Shown piece after piece: positions 42,725 to 55,605 of a stretch of 61,014 nucleotides of DNA. A program made the translations under genes and the position numbers. The number at the start of each line of letters is the position of its first letter. Within the stretch, counting starts at the first letter, position 1. The DNA is from Paramecium tetraurelia (Eukaryota): contig CT868651.1 in assembly GCA_000165425.1 (NCBI GenBank), forward strand, positions 310,001 to 371,014. The letters are read 5' to 3'. A model generated the notes under the pieces. That model made no database searches. It had not been told where the DNA came from and worked only from the letters and a program-made list of their open reading frames with translations.

Positions 42725-43800
42725 TCATTAATATTTGGGACTCTATCCTGGTCTTTGGTTTGCTTACTAGGGTTATTATTGTTAGAATTATGGTTGTTGA
42801 ACATTACCTGCAGCTGATGGGTATACTTATTGCCATCCAGTTGAATATTATTGAGTGGTTGTTGTCACTTGACCATATGCATTTGATGGTAATTACCCAT
42901 ATGCTGCTGTTGTAGTTGGTGGGAATTATCCATAGGGGGCAGTTGTTGTTGTGACTGGTAATTAACCATAATTAACCTGGGGTGGCAATTATCCGTAAGT
43001 AGTTGTTGTTGCTGGTAATTAACCATAAGCAGCTGTTGGTAATTGTCCATAAGAAATTTACTATGGGATATATTAGGATGTTGTCACAGGTACTGTGTTA
43101 AATTGGTTTTACGTTGCGGGAATGTATTAATTTGTTGTTGTGGTGGTTGCATATTGAATTTAAGCTGGCACTAAATAAAATAAATAAATTTTATTTACCT
43201 TAATATTATTAGGTTGTCTATATTTATTAATAATCAATTGGTTATTATATTACGCTCTATCTAGTCACTGCCTAATATTCTGTTCTCTCTTTTATTGTTT
43301 CAACGGGAACATACTCTGTCATAGTTTGCAAGAATTACCAATATATTTTTCTTAAATAACTTAAGGAATGTGTTCTGTCACGTATTCAACTGCATAATAG
43401 TCAGTAATCTTTCTTTCTCTAGGAACATATTCAACAACTTCCTAAGTTACATATTCTGTCACCTCCTTTGTATAAGGAATATACTCTATTCTTGATTCCC
43501 CTTTTATAACCTAAAGCTCTTAATAATTTGTTTTACATTTCCTTAAGTAACTACTGGGCCACTTGATTGAATTACGGGTTATTAGGCATATGGTTGTTGT
43601 TACAAATATTGTGGATTTGCAATTAATCCAGTTTGTTAAAATGGAAGAGCTTAATTCGCAGTTCCAGGTTGAATCTATGAAGAAGCTGGAACCCAACCCA
43701 ATGGTGGTTAATATCCTTCAGGCACTTATTAGCCACCCTATGGTAATTATGATGGAGTGGATTTAGCAGCTGGAAGTTATGAGGGACGAGTATTATTCAT
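42725..43800 (-). CDS. Epiplasmin-family cortical cytoskeletal protein
   Basis: P/Q-rich ends flank a V/E/Y-rich core KGESRIEYIPYTKEVTEYVTQEVVEYVPRERKITDYYAVEYVTEHIPQVI..EYVPVETIKERTEYQAV, typical of Paramecium epiplasmins. Confidence 0.88.
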
Positions 43801-43904
43801 TAGATCTTTAATTAAATTTATTTTTAATTATTCCTTCGCTCCACTTCAAGAAGATATAAATTATTTAATATATACACCCTTAGCATATCATTAATTAAAT
43901 TAAT

Positions 43905-44611
43905 ATGTAATCATTGGTTAAATAACTCCTAACCCTATCCAACACATCTGCTGCTAACTAATGGCAACAAATCGAAACAAGTAAATTCTTTTCTTTATTT
44001 AGCTCTCCAACCAAAATAATTGACCCCAGCTGAAATAGCTGATGTTGCCCACCATTTTGCTGTTAATAATTAGGGATCTGAACTTTTCTGGGATACATTA
44101 TAGAGAGCTACTGTCGACCAACTGAGCAATTTCAATAGAGAACAACTAGCCACAGTATTCGACGCTATGATGAAAACTCCTTACGAAGTATAAATCTTTT
44201 CTCACTAGGTTCCTGATGATGTAGGAGAGGCTGTGACCAAGGCAATTGATACATTTTTCAATGCTGAATTACAAGCTAACCAAAAATCTGACCCCTACTA
44301 TCTTTCCAAATTTTTATTACAATTCTAATCTGGATTAGGATAATTTGCACTCAACTTTGGACCAGGATTCCTCACTGGTAGAGTAAATGATGAACATCCT
44401 GAATAAAAACTTGCTAAGGGTGACGAAGATCTGTCAGAATCAAGCAATTCTGAATTGAGATCAGCATTTATTAAAGGAGAGCTCAGTTAAGAATAAGTGA
44501 ATGAAGAGAAAAAAAAATTCCTCAATAGCATTTCAGAATTACTCGGCAAGGTAACTATTATATTCATAATTCAAGAATTAAAATGCCCAGGATATAACCA
44601 ATTTGAAATGA
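43905..44611 (+). CDS. Hypothetical helical protein with an HPR/FAST-like repeat
   Basis: Three introns give an open frame containing LTPAEIADVAHHFAVNNQGSELFWDTLQRATVDQLSNFNREQLATVF. Confidence 0.7.
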
Positions 44612-44761
44612 TTGGATAGAGATGCATATAAAAATAAATATAATAAAACAAAACACATTTATCTTAGATATCCAGATCAAAACGAGTAGTATTTCTTTCT
44701 ACTTTCCATTCTTCCTTTTGATTCAAATCCCTAATTAATTATTATTTAATTTAATTAATAA

Positions 44762-45737
44762 ATGTAAAACGAAATGGCTCCTTTCTTTTCAAAATCAGCA
44801 CCTTATACTTAAGGTCCTTAAAAACAACAATAATTTGGTAGAAAAGACTAACAAGGATGGAAAGATTAGCAAGGGTGGAGAGAAAAGCAGGGATATAAGG
44901 ATTAGTAAGGCTGGAAACAAGAGTAAAGTAATTACAGAAAAAAAGATGGAAAATACAAAAATACAAATTAAGAAAATTATCAATCATAACAATAGTATTA
45001 TCCAAAAAATGTTATCGATAACAAAGATCAATAATAACAGCACACCTAATATGAATATTAGTATACAGGTCAAGATAAAGAGTAAAAAATTGAAGAATAT
45101 TAATAAAAAAAATTCGAAGATTAATAGCCCCAATAAAGGGAAGAATTTGTGACTCAACATAGGGAAGATCAAACTGTAAAATAAAATGTTGAGTATATAG
45201 AAAAATCCTAATTACAATAAAATCATAATTAAACCTAGAATAATGAATAAAAATAATCTTTATCATTATAACAACCATAATAAAGTCAATAATAATTTTA
45301 ATAACAACAGGCACCTCCATAATAATACTATTAATTCAATTAAGAACCCTAAAATTTGTAAAATAATTAGCTTATTTAACAACAATAATAGGTATATTAA
45401 CAATCATCATTAATGTAAACTCCTATCCCTTACCAGCTATCATAAAATATGTTTTAACCTATTGCACAATCGAACCCTTTTGCTCCCTAATAACAACCTT
45501 AAAATATAAATGAAATGTATTATTTATTATTTAAATAGAAATGGGTAAGGATAAAACACCTAAAATACTCCATATGTGATTTAGTATTTAATATACCCTA
45601 ATAAAAAAGGAAAGCAGTATAATCATTAATTTTTATTGACTTAAGTATTTTATTTATATGAAATATAGGAAAATTTAGATGATAATTATTAATTTCTAAA
45701 GTCATAACTTGATTGCCCTAAAAAAATCAATAATTGA
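44762..45737 (+). CDS. Q/N/P-rich low-complexity protein (3' end uncertain)
   Basis: ATG at 44762, long TAA-rich open frame, short DQQGWK-type repeats. Confidence 0.6.
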
Positions 45738-45920
45738 GAATTATATTTACATTTATATCATAGAATTTCAATTATAAAACAGATACCTTGATAATTTCAT
45801 CTAATTTATTTTCAGATATATTAGTGTGGACGCTTTAAGATTAAAAAGAAAAGATTAATTATAATTCAAAGAATTGTATTAATAACATTCTCTTTTAATT
45901 AATAAAAATTCATTATTTGA

Positions 45921-46932
45921 ATGTCAAACGTAACAAGATCCCAAAGAAACCAATTTCTTATTGATTTTTTATCAGGAGGATTATCTGGAGCGATTGCAAA
46001 AACATCATGTGCCCCAATAGAAAGAGTTAAATTATTAATGCAAACTGCAAGCATGAATACAAAACTCACCAAACCCTATGCAGGGATAACAGATTGTTTT
46101 TTAAGATGTGTAAGAGAAGATGGAACTCTTTCCCTATGGAGAGGCAATGGAGTAAACGTACTAAGATATTTTCCAACTTAAGCCTTGAATTTCTCATTTA
46201 AAGATTTCTTTGCAAAGTTTTTAAAGAAGAATAGTAATTGTATAGCAAAATATTTAATTAATTTAGCGGAGCATTCATCTCAGCTTTTCTATAATATTTT
46301 ATCGGGAGGATTGGCTGGAACATGCAGCACTTCAATTGTTTACCCTTTGGATTTGGCTAGAACCAGGTTAGGAGTTGATTTAGGAAGAACAAAGAGTGAG
46401 AGGTAGTTTTAAGGTTTAGTTGATTGCCTAACAAAAGTAATAATTCGCTGTTATATTTAGATTTACAAATCAGATGGTATAAAGGGCTGGTATTAAGGAA
46501 TTGGTATTTGCTTTGTTGGAATCTTTATTTATAGAGGCTTATATTTTGGAATTTATGACACTGGAAGAGATAGGTTTTTCTAAAGTAATATTTTGTCTTA
46601 TTTCAGATGGAGATGCAAAGTCTTTGATTATGAAATTTTTTTATGCACAATGTGTTGTCATCTTTTCTGAAACAATTAGGTATTACATAACATGAATTTT
46701 AAGTTATCCAACAGACACTTTAAAAAGAAAATTGATGATGTAAACTGCAGGAGTTTAAAGAAAATATAAAAATGCTTTTGATTGTTTTAATTAGATTTTA
46801 AAAACAGAAGGATTCAGAGGTTTAATGAAAGGAAATGCTTCCAATATGGCAAGAGCAATTGGAAGCTCTCTCTGCTTAGTTTTATATGATGAAATGAAGC
46901 GAGTAACAACAACCAATTAATAGAGATAATGA
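45921..46932 (+). CDS. ANT: Mitochondrial ADP/ATP carrier (SLC25 family), divergent
   Basis: [85 protein letters not shown]. Four tiny introns. Confidence 0.92.
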
Positions 46933-47077
46933 TGATGTGTATAATCAAAGAATCCATTAATTTTAACTATTTATTCTCATACAATTAATATTTAAAAAAC
47001 ATGTGCATTTTTGATATTGTAATAAATTTGATGAATTTCAATACTTTAAGTTCTACCTAGGCTTTAAAAAACATGAG

Positions 47078-48417
47078 ATGAACTTTGAAAATGATTGCAA
47101 AAAGTCCTCCTTTAATGAAAAGAACAAGTTGAAGTTGCAATCACAGAATAAAGAAAATGCAAATGATTTTGATAAAGTAAAGTTAATTACAATAATGGTT
47201 CAAAGACCTAATTCTTAAGAAACATATTTTTATTTGAGAAGCTATCATGATTAGGTTAATTATAATTATAATGAGGATTTATACTTTGATATTATTTTTA
47301 ATAAATTATTAACTTATGTATAGACAAACATATTAGTATCCATCTAGAGCCTATCCTTAACAAGTTTTTGGATACTTATAGCCATAATATTAACATCAAG
47401 TGCCATAATTATATCCATAAACCATATATTAACCTTATTACGGAATCTAGATACCCGCAGCTCCTAAATATCCTTAACCATCAATTGCTAATTAGAATTT
47501 ATAATCACCTTAAAAAAATTTTTAAAGCCCTTCTAGAGGCTTTGTATCACCTTCAAGAACCAATTTAATGTAATCATAATAAAATTCTCAATCACAACAA
47601 AACCCTATCCTATAATCGCCATCTAGAACTGGCTATTATACATATGAATAAGTAATGGAAAAAATTAAAAATGCTCATTCATATCAATAACAGTAGCAGA
47701 ATTAATAGTGCATACCTTAATCTAGATAATAACAAGAAAATAATTATGGTATTCATAATAAAATGTATTATAGTAGAATCTAATCAATAGAAACAAGTAC
47801 CAAATTAATAACTCATGCCCAAACAAGGCTTAGTTGACAATAAATAAAATATTGGAAAAGAAATTAAAAAATTTGAACCGAAATAGACCTAAGAAGATAA
47901 AATAAAACCAGAATAAAAATAACAAAATGATGAAGAATTAGAAGGTATTTGTAATAACAAATATTAGAATTGGCATTATAGTATGAAGATGGCTATATTT
48001 ATAGAGGTCAAGGTTATCCTCCATAAACTAGATAAGGATTTGGCATGCTTACAGATAATGAAGGTAGAGAAGTTTATGCTGGCTATTGGAAATAGAATGT
48101 TTATGATGGATAGGGGAGGCTATAGAATTTATAAGTTGAAGAAATTGATGGTGCTTTTGATTGCAATAACATGACAACTATTGGAAATGGATGGTCATCG
48201 TATGAGGGTAAGGCATAAAATTCTGATATTCTTAGGCTAATTCGTCGGAGGCAAAATGTAAGGTTAAGGAATGATTGTCTTGTCTAATGGAGAAAAATAT
48301 GTAGGATAGTTTGATGATGGTATGATTCATGGGGATGGTGAATTTACAACTTATCAAAACGAAGTTATAAAAGGTAATTGGGATCAAGGATATTTGGTAC
48401 AAATGACTGAAGAATGA
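47078..48417 (+). CDS. Q-rich protein with C-terminal MORN repeats (start uncertain)
   Basis: VYAGYWKQNVYDGQG, YEGQFVGGKMQGQGMIVLSNGEKYVGQFDDGMIHGDG. TGA at 48415-48417. Confidence 0.8.
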
Positions 48418-51400
48418 ATTATATAAAGTGTATTTTTAAAAAGTCAATTTTTTTTTTAACACATTTACAAGATTAAGAATTTATAACAAGCTACATATCT
48501 TAATTTTGTTATTAAATAAATTGAGACAATATTATTATTTGTGATACTGACTTAATTAAGACTTGCATTTATTTAAAATTACTTTAAGATGAATCTAGAA
48601 TGAAATAAATTTTCCAATTGATGAAACTCTTATTTTAGGATAAATTCCAGTAGTATTCTTTGAATTTGATATTAATTATTTTAAAGACATTATTAATATT
48701 TTATGTAGCCTGTTTTATAAATATAAATTAATGATATTCTCAACTTTTCTTACTCCTTTTAGAGAAATGACTGGCTAAAAATTTATTGGAATAATTTTTT
48801 GTTAGACTTACCATTTGCCTAAATTAATTTAACTAAGTTTAAAGTAAATTTTTTGTAAGTTATCCATGAATAGATTGCTAAAGCATAGTGCATAATGTGA
48901 GAATTCTAAATGATATTGAATAGTTTCTACCTTGAATGAAAAATTTTTGAGTTGAAATACTTAAATTTTTAGTTTCTTGCTTTATCTCAGCCCAAGTATA
49001 AAATCTCCTGCACAGCCTCAGAATTTAAACTCTTTTTAGCATTATCCTCTTTCAAAATAATCTATTAATATCAGAGTTTTTTATGTATTATTGAACCAAT
49101 TCATTTTCCAATATTGTTTGCATGATGATTTTTCTCTATTTAACAGCAATCTTGTCCTTCAGATAATGTATATCATCATCCTTTTTTTGAGCTGAGGCTC
49201 AATCATTAAGTAGCCACAGGCCTGGCAGCATTGCATCAATTTCATCTTATCATCGAAAACACTATTTCAAAACAGTAGAAACAAGCTTCCCTTAAGCCAG
49301 TATAAAAACGAAATTTTCCTAATATATTCTATTAAAAATAACATTTAATTGACAATTGCATATTTCAATAACGAAAATAGCCTTCGAATTGGTAAAATCC
49401 TACATTTAAGGTCTAGTGCTTAGCACAACCAGCTCTTGAGGAAAAACTGACAGACATTTCTTTTAAAATATCTAATTTTTCCTTTACACTAATGTGTTTT
49501 TTCTACAGCAATATCTAATTTTTAAGTGTACTGAGTAAAAAAAAATCTTGTTTCTGACCATTCTTTTTTTCATCTTTATAATCCAATCCAAACCATCAAA
49601 CTAATTTAACTATGAGATCAATAGAGAGATTTTTTTAAGAAGACATTCCTTAATCTCTTATTGAAAACAGTTCCTTTCTATCTAAATGCCATAAATTCAA
49701 TATTAACTACAACTTTTGTGTTATAACAAATAATTAGAGCGCTCAACTTGACTTTTTAAATTGTTAATAATTTCGGAATTTAATGAATAAGATCTCTTAA
49801 AGAAGGGATTTTAAAATATATTCTTAAAACGTTAAAAGAAAATGAAGTTATTTTGCTTTGCAGAAAGAATAATCAACCAACAAATGTAATTCATAAGTTG
49901 AATTCATTATTGTATTGCAAATTCGGAGTTACTATAAAATATTTCAAAGTTGATGATAAAATGAAATAAAAGTTGAAATTGAAAATTCTTTTTTGGGTAC
50001 TATAAGGCTTAGAGAAATGATAAATGTAATGGTGTCGCTTTATTTTTGGCCTACATTTCTCAATAAAGAGATTAAATCAATATTGCGAATAAATATTTTT
50101 TATTTCTTAAGTTAATTGGATAAGTTATGAACCATTTCACAAAGTTCTAAAGTCTAATACATTATTTAAAATTGCTTTTTTAATAGATAAAATCATTTCA
50201 ATTGTACTTAATAAATTTAAAATTAATAATTTTTTTTTTTCAAGAAAAATGTTTTTTTTTATTTAATAGAGGACTAAGTCATAAATCTTAAAGTTACCTC
50301 AATAGTTTTATTATATATATTTATATATAGTTTAAAGAGTTAAGATTGATATCTTGTTATAAATGAGAATATATTTTTGAAATATTAATCTTATGATAAT
50401 GATTGATGATATTTCAACTAAAAAAATTAATCGAAATTCTTTGATTTAGCTCATAATAATTACAATTATCAAAAAATGATAAGCTAATAACATTTTTTCC
50501 ATAAAATGTGAAATTCTACTTAAATTAACAAGAAAATTATGTTTTTAAATTTAGAAAGTAATTATGTTGCAGTCACGGGACTCATCTTTCGAAAGCGAAT
50601 TTTTATATCCTTGCCATAATGTAGTTTAGTTTAACTCTAAGATTTATGAAGATTTTTAAACTTCTTAATGAATGAGAAAAAAGGACAAAAGAGTTTGATT
50701 AGTTTGTTCATGGTTTAAGCATTGCTTTTTAATTTCGATGGCACCTATAATTGAAAAATTATTGTGTCATCTAATCTCTTTCCTTATATATCAGTGTTTT
50801 TATTAAAATTCGAAACACCAACAAAGATCAAACTCAATTCTTAATTTTGGAGGATAACATCTTTAATCTTGTAGATGTAGTTGCTTGAAGAAAAATTCCT
50901 AAACGAGAAAATCTTTAAATAAACATTCAAGATGAGAAAGAATTTATAAATTTCTTTATAATGTAATTTAAAATTCAAAAAATATAATGAATAACATTTC
51001 TTGGAATAAAGTTATCATTATTAAAATCAGATTTCTTAATTAAATTAAGAAAGACTCTTTTTGAATCATATTTAATTATATCCTATCGGAACGTTTTTCT
51101 TGGGTGGGAAATGCAATTTAGGAAGTCAATCCTTTAAAATTAAAGCAAGAGTTTAAAATTTCATTGGACTCATAATGAATTAATTGATATTCAAATTTAG
51201 AAAATTATAATTAAAATTAAAATAATGGTGTAATTTTGCGAGGATTGCTAAAAGGAATTATTACGTAGACTAATATAATTAATATTAAGCTTATGCAAGA
51301 ATTTGTTTTTAATTTATTAGCATTAAGAATCACTTTAGATTAATTTATACTTACAATGCAAAAAGGGTTATTTTAAATTAAACAAGAATTTAAAATGAGA

Positions 51401-51504
51401 TTTGGAACTCAAACTAATAAGAAATAAAAGAATTTAGTAAGAAAATAAATATTGATAAATTTCAACTGAGAATTAGGAAAAATTCATAAAAATTTTGTAC
51501 AAAA

Positions 51505-54500
51505 ATGTAATAAAAAGATGTTTAAAACAGTCCCTAATAAGCAGACTATTACTTTTAGAAAGGTAAATTTATACTATATTTTTTGTAGCAACAACTCTAG
51601 AAAAAATGAAAATATTTGGAGAAGCACTGAAATTTTACGATTAAGCTATTCAAACTAACCCTAATTTTTCAGTATATTATTAAAGCAAAGGTAAATTAGT
51701 TATTACATATTTTACAGCAAGAACTCTATCACAAATGAATAGACTTGAAGAAGCTTTGTACAATTATGATTTAGCCATCCTTCATAATCCTGAATTACTT
51801 GAAAATTACTATTTGAAAGGTAAATAGTAATCATAAAAATTTTAGCCTAAACTTTATAACAAATGAAAAGATTTGGAGAAGCCTTACAAATTTATGATTC
51901 CCTTATTCAGATAAATCCTAATAATTCTTTATTTTTTTAGGGCAAAGGTACATGGTCAATTCAACTATTTTTTTTAGCAAATACCCTATTTCTAACCAAT
52001 AGATTTGAGGAGGCACTGTAAAACTATGATTAAGCAATTCATATAAACCCTGAATATTCAGTATATTATTAAAGCAAAGGTAAATTAGTTAATTACATAT
52101 TTTTTCAGCAAGAACTCTATCACAAATGAATAGATTTGAAGAAGCTTTGTACAATTATGATTTAGCCATCCTTCATAATCCTGAATTACTTGAAAATTAG
52201 TATTTGAAAGGTTAATAGTAATCATAAAAATTTTAGCCTAAACTTTATAACAAATGAAAAGATTTGGAGAAGCCTTACAAATTTATGATTCCCTTATTCA
52301 GATAAATCCTAATAACTCTTTATTTTTTTAGGGCAAAGGTACATGGTCTATTCAACTATTTTATTTTAGCATATACCCTATTTCGAACCAATAGATTTGA
52401 GGAGGCACTGTAAAACTATGATTAAGCAATTCATATAAACCCTGAATATTCAGTATATTATTAAAGCAAAGGTAAATTAGTTAATTACATATTTTTTCAG
52501 CAAGAACTCTATCACAAATGAATAGATTTGAAGAAGCTTTGTACAATTATGATTTAGCCATCCTTCATAATCCTGAATTACTTGAAAATTAGTATTTGAA
52601 AGGTTAATAGTAATCATAAAAATTTTAGCCTAAACTTTATAACAAATGAAAAGATTTGGAGAAGCCTTACAAATTTATGATTCCCTTATTCAGATAAATC
52701 CTAATAACTCTTTATTTTTTTAGGGCAAAGGTACATGGTCTATTCAACTATTTTATTTAGCATATACCCTATTTCGAACCAATAGATTTGAGGAAGCACT
52801 GTATAACTATGATTAAGCAATTCATATAAACCCTGAATATTCAGTATATTAAGGAAAAGGTAAAATTGTAAATTCCCTATTATATTCAGCAAGAACTCTA
52901 CAACAAATGAATAGATTTGAGGAAGCTTTGCAAAATTATGATTTAGCAATTACTAAAAATCCAGAATAGGAAATTAATTACTTGTATAAAGGTAAATTTT
53001 AAGAATCATATTTTGTAGCAGCAACTCTATAGGATATGAGAAGATTTGAGGAAGCTTTGTTAAACTACGATTTAGCAATTAAGTTAAATCCATTAAAAGC
53101 AACCAATTACCATTTGAAAGGTAAGGTGTAAATATATTTTGTAGCAACAGTTCTAGATCTAATGAATAATTATGAAGAAGCATTGTATAATATTGATTAA
53201 GCAATTAATTTAAACCCTGAATCATCAAAATATTATTCACACAAAGGTAAATTAATAAAAATTGATTATTTTTTCAGGAAGGACTCTATCACAAATAAAC
53301 AGACTTGAAGAAGCTTTGTAAAATTACGATTTTGCAATTATGAGAAACCCTGATAAGCCAGACTAATTTTATTGGAAAGGTATATTAGTAAAGTCCATAT
53401 TTTTCCAGCTTTAACACTATAAAAAATGAATAGATTTGAAGAAGCCTTATAGTATTTTGATAAAGCAATTCAGATAAATCCTGAAAATTCCTAATATTAT
53501 TATAACAAGGGTAATATTATAAAATTAGTTTTGCAGCAAGTACGTTAAATAATTTGAATAGATATAAAGAAGCATTGGAATAATTTGAGGTATCAATATC
53601 AAAGGACCCTGAAACTTTGCAGTCTATTAAAGGCAAAGGTAAGAAGATCTATATTTTTCAGCATACACTTTACTCAAAATGAAAAGACTTGAAGAAGCAT
53701 TAGAGTGTTATTCTTCAATTATTTAAGAAAACTCAGATACTGTCTACCTTAACATTGGTAAATATATATTAGGAAAAGCTTGAAGCAATGACTTTAATGG
53801 AAATGAATAGATTCGAGGAGGCATTAAAATATTATGATTTTGCAATTCAAATAGGCCCTGAAAATTCAGAATGCTACCATTGCAAGGGTAAGAGAAAAAT
53901 ATAATTTTACAAGCAATAACTTTATTCAAAATGAAAAAATTTGATGAAGCCTTAAATTATTATGATTTGGCTATTTAAAAACAACCTCAAAATTCAGTAT
54001 ATTTGCAAGGCAAAGGTATATTTTAACATTAATAATTTTTCCAGCTTATACTCTAAAATAAATGAATAAAATTGAAGAGGCCTTGTTTTATTTTGATTTA
54101 GCAATATAGAGCAACCCCGAATAACCAGGCAGCTTTAATGGCAAAGGTAAATGGTAAAATAAATATTTTGCAGCATATACTCTATTAGAAAGGAATTAAT
54201 TTCAAGAAGCCTTATTTTATTTTGATCAAGCTATTTAGAAAAGCTCTGAATAAACAGATATATATTATTTTGGCAAAGGTAAATTTTAAATTCCATATTT
54301 TGCAGCAATTACTCTAAAACGGATGAATAAATTCGAGGAAGCATTATGTTATATTGATTTGGCTATTAAGAAAAACCCTGAAAATTCAGAATATTATTCT
54401 AAAAAAGGTAAATAGTAAAATTCTATAATATACAGCACTTACACTAGCAGATATGCATAGATTTGAGGAAGCATTAGAATACTCTTATTTAGCCATTAAG

Positions 54501-55605
54501 CAAAACCCTGATGATCCAAATTTGTATTAGCATCTAGGTAAATAGTAAATTACATATTTTAACAGCAAGTGTCCTATAAAATGTAAAAAAATGAGGAGGC
54601 GTTTTAGTTTTATAATAAGGCTTTACATAAATACTCTGAAGATCCATTCACTTTATTTTAAAAAGGTAAACAATAAAATTATATATTTTGCAGGTAATAT
54701 TCTAAAAGATATGAATAAATTTGAAGAAGCTTTGTTTTATTTTGATTTAGCAATTTAGAGCAACCCTGAATTACCACACAACTATACTTCGAAAGGTAAT
54801 TAGTGAATTAAATAATTTGCAGCATATACTCTAAAATAAATGAATAAATTTGAAGAGGCTTTGTTTAATTTTGATTTAGCCATTTTGAAAGATCCTAAAT
54901 AACCATCCAATTACTATGGCAAGGGTATTTAGTAAATTAAATATTTTGCAGCAACAATTCTATAAAAAATGAATAAATTTGAAGAAGCCTTGTGTTATTT
55001 TGATTTAGCTATTTAGAAAAATCCTGAAAAATCTCTATATTATAGGGACAAAGGTAAAAGTGAATTATGTATTTTGCAGCAAATATTCTAAAATAAATGA
55101 ATAAACTTGAAGAGGCCTTGTTTTATTTTGATTTAGCTATTTAGAAAAACCCTGAAAACTCAGGCTGTTAAATCGGCAAAGGTGTGAAATTTCTCTTATT
55201 TAGGAAATACCTTAGTAGAACTGAATAGATTGGATGAGGCATTGAATTATTATGATTAAGAAATTCAAAAAAACCCTTATGTTTCGGATTATTATTTTAA
55301 CAAAGGTAATCAAAAACATTTAAATAAATTGATAGGTCTGACTTTAAATAAATTGAATAAAAATGGTGAAGCTTTGGAATATTATGATAAAGCAATTTAG
55401 CTTAACCCCGAAATGTCCAAGTATTATTATTATAAAGGTATTCTAAATATATTTTGAAAAAATTTTAGCCAACTCATTATATTAAATGGAAAGATTTTAA
55501 GAAGCATTGTTATCGTATTTTTTAGCTAACTAGAAAAATTTGAAAGAAATGGAAAAGTAAACCAAATTTGTATTTTAACATACCTCCTACTTTTCTGTAA
55601 TTTGA
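51505..55605 (+). CDS. TPR-repeat protein, about 30 repeats, one repeat per exon
   Basis: ATG at 51505. 31 GT..AG introns separate mostly 102-nt exons, each coding A-x-TL-x-x-MNRFEEAL-x-x-YD-x-AI-x-x-NPE-x-x-x-YY-x-x-K. TGA at 55603-55605. One exon carries a frame defect (see findings). Confidence 0.9.
51668..52850 (+). repeat. Near-identical tandem triplication of a ~390-bp three-exon, three-intron unit
   Basis: Intron donors recur at 51691/52080/52472, 51820/52211/52603 and 51948/52339/52731. Both exon and intron sequences are almost identical between copies. Confidence 0.92.

Noticed and set aside
51560..55470. Periodic repeat-spacer pattern suggestive of a CRISPR array
   Set aside because: The period is explained by TPR exons plus GT..AG introns. 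The context is eukaryotic and there are no cas genes.
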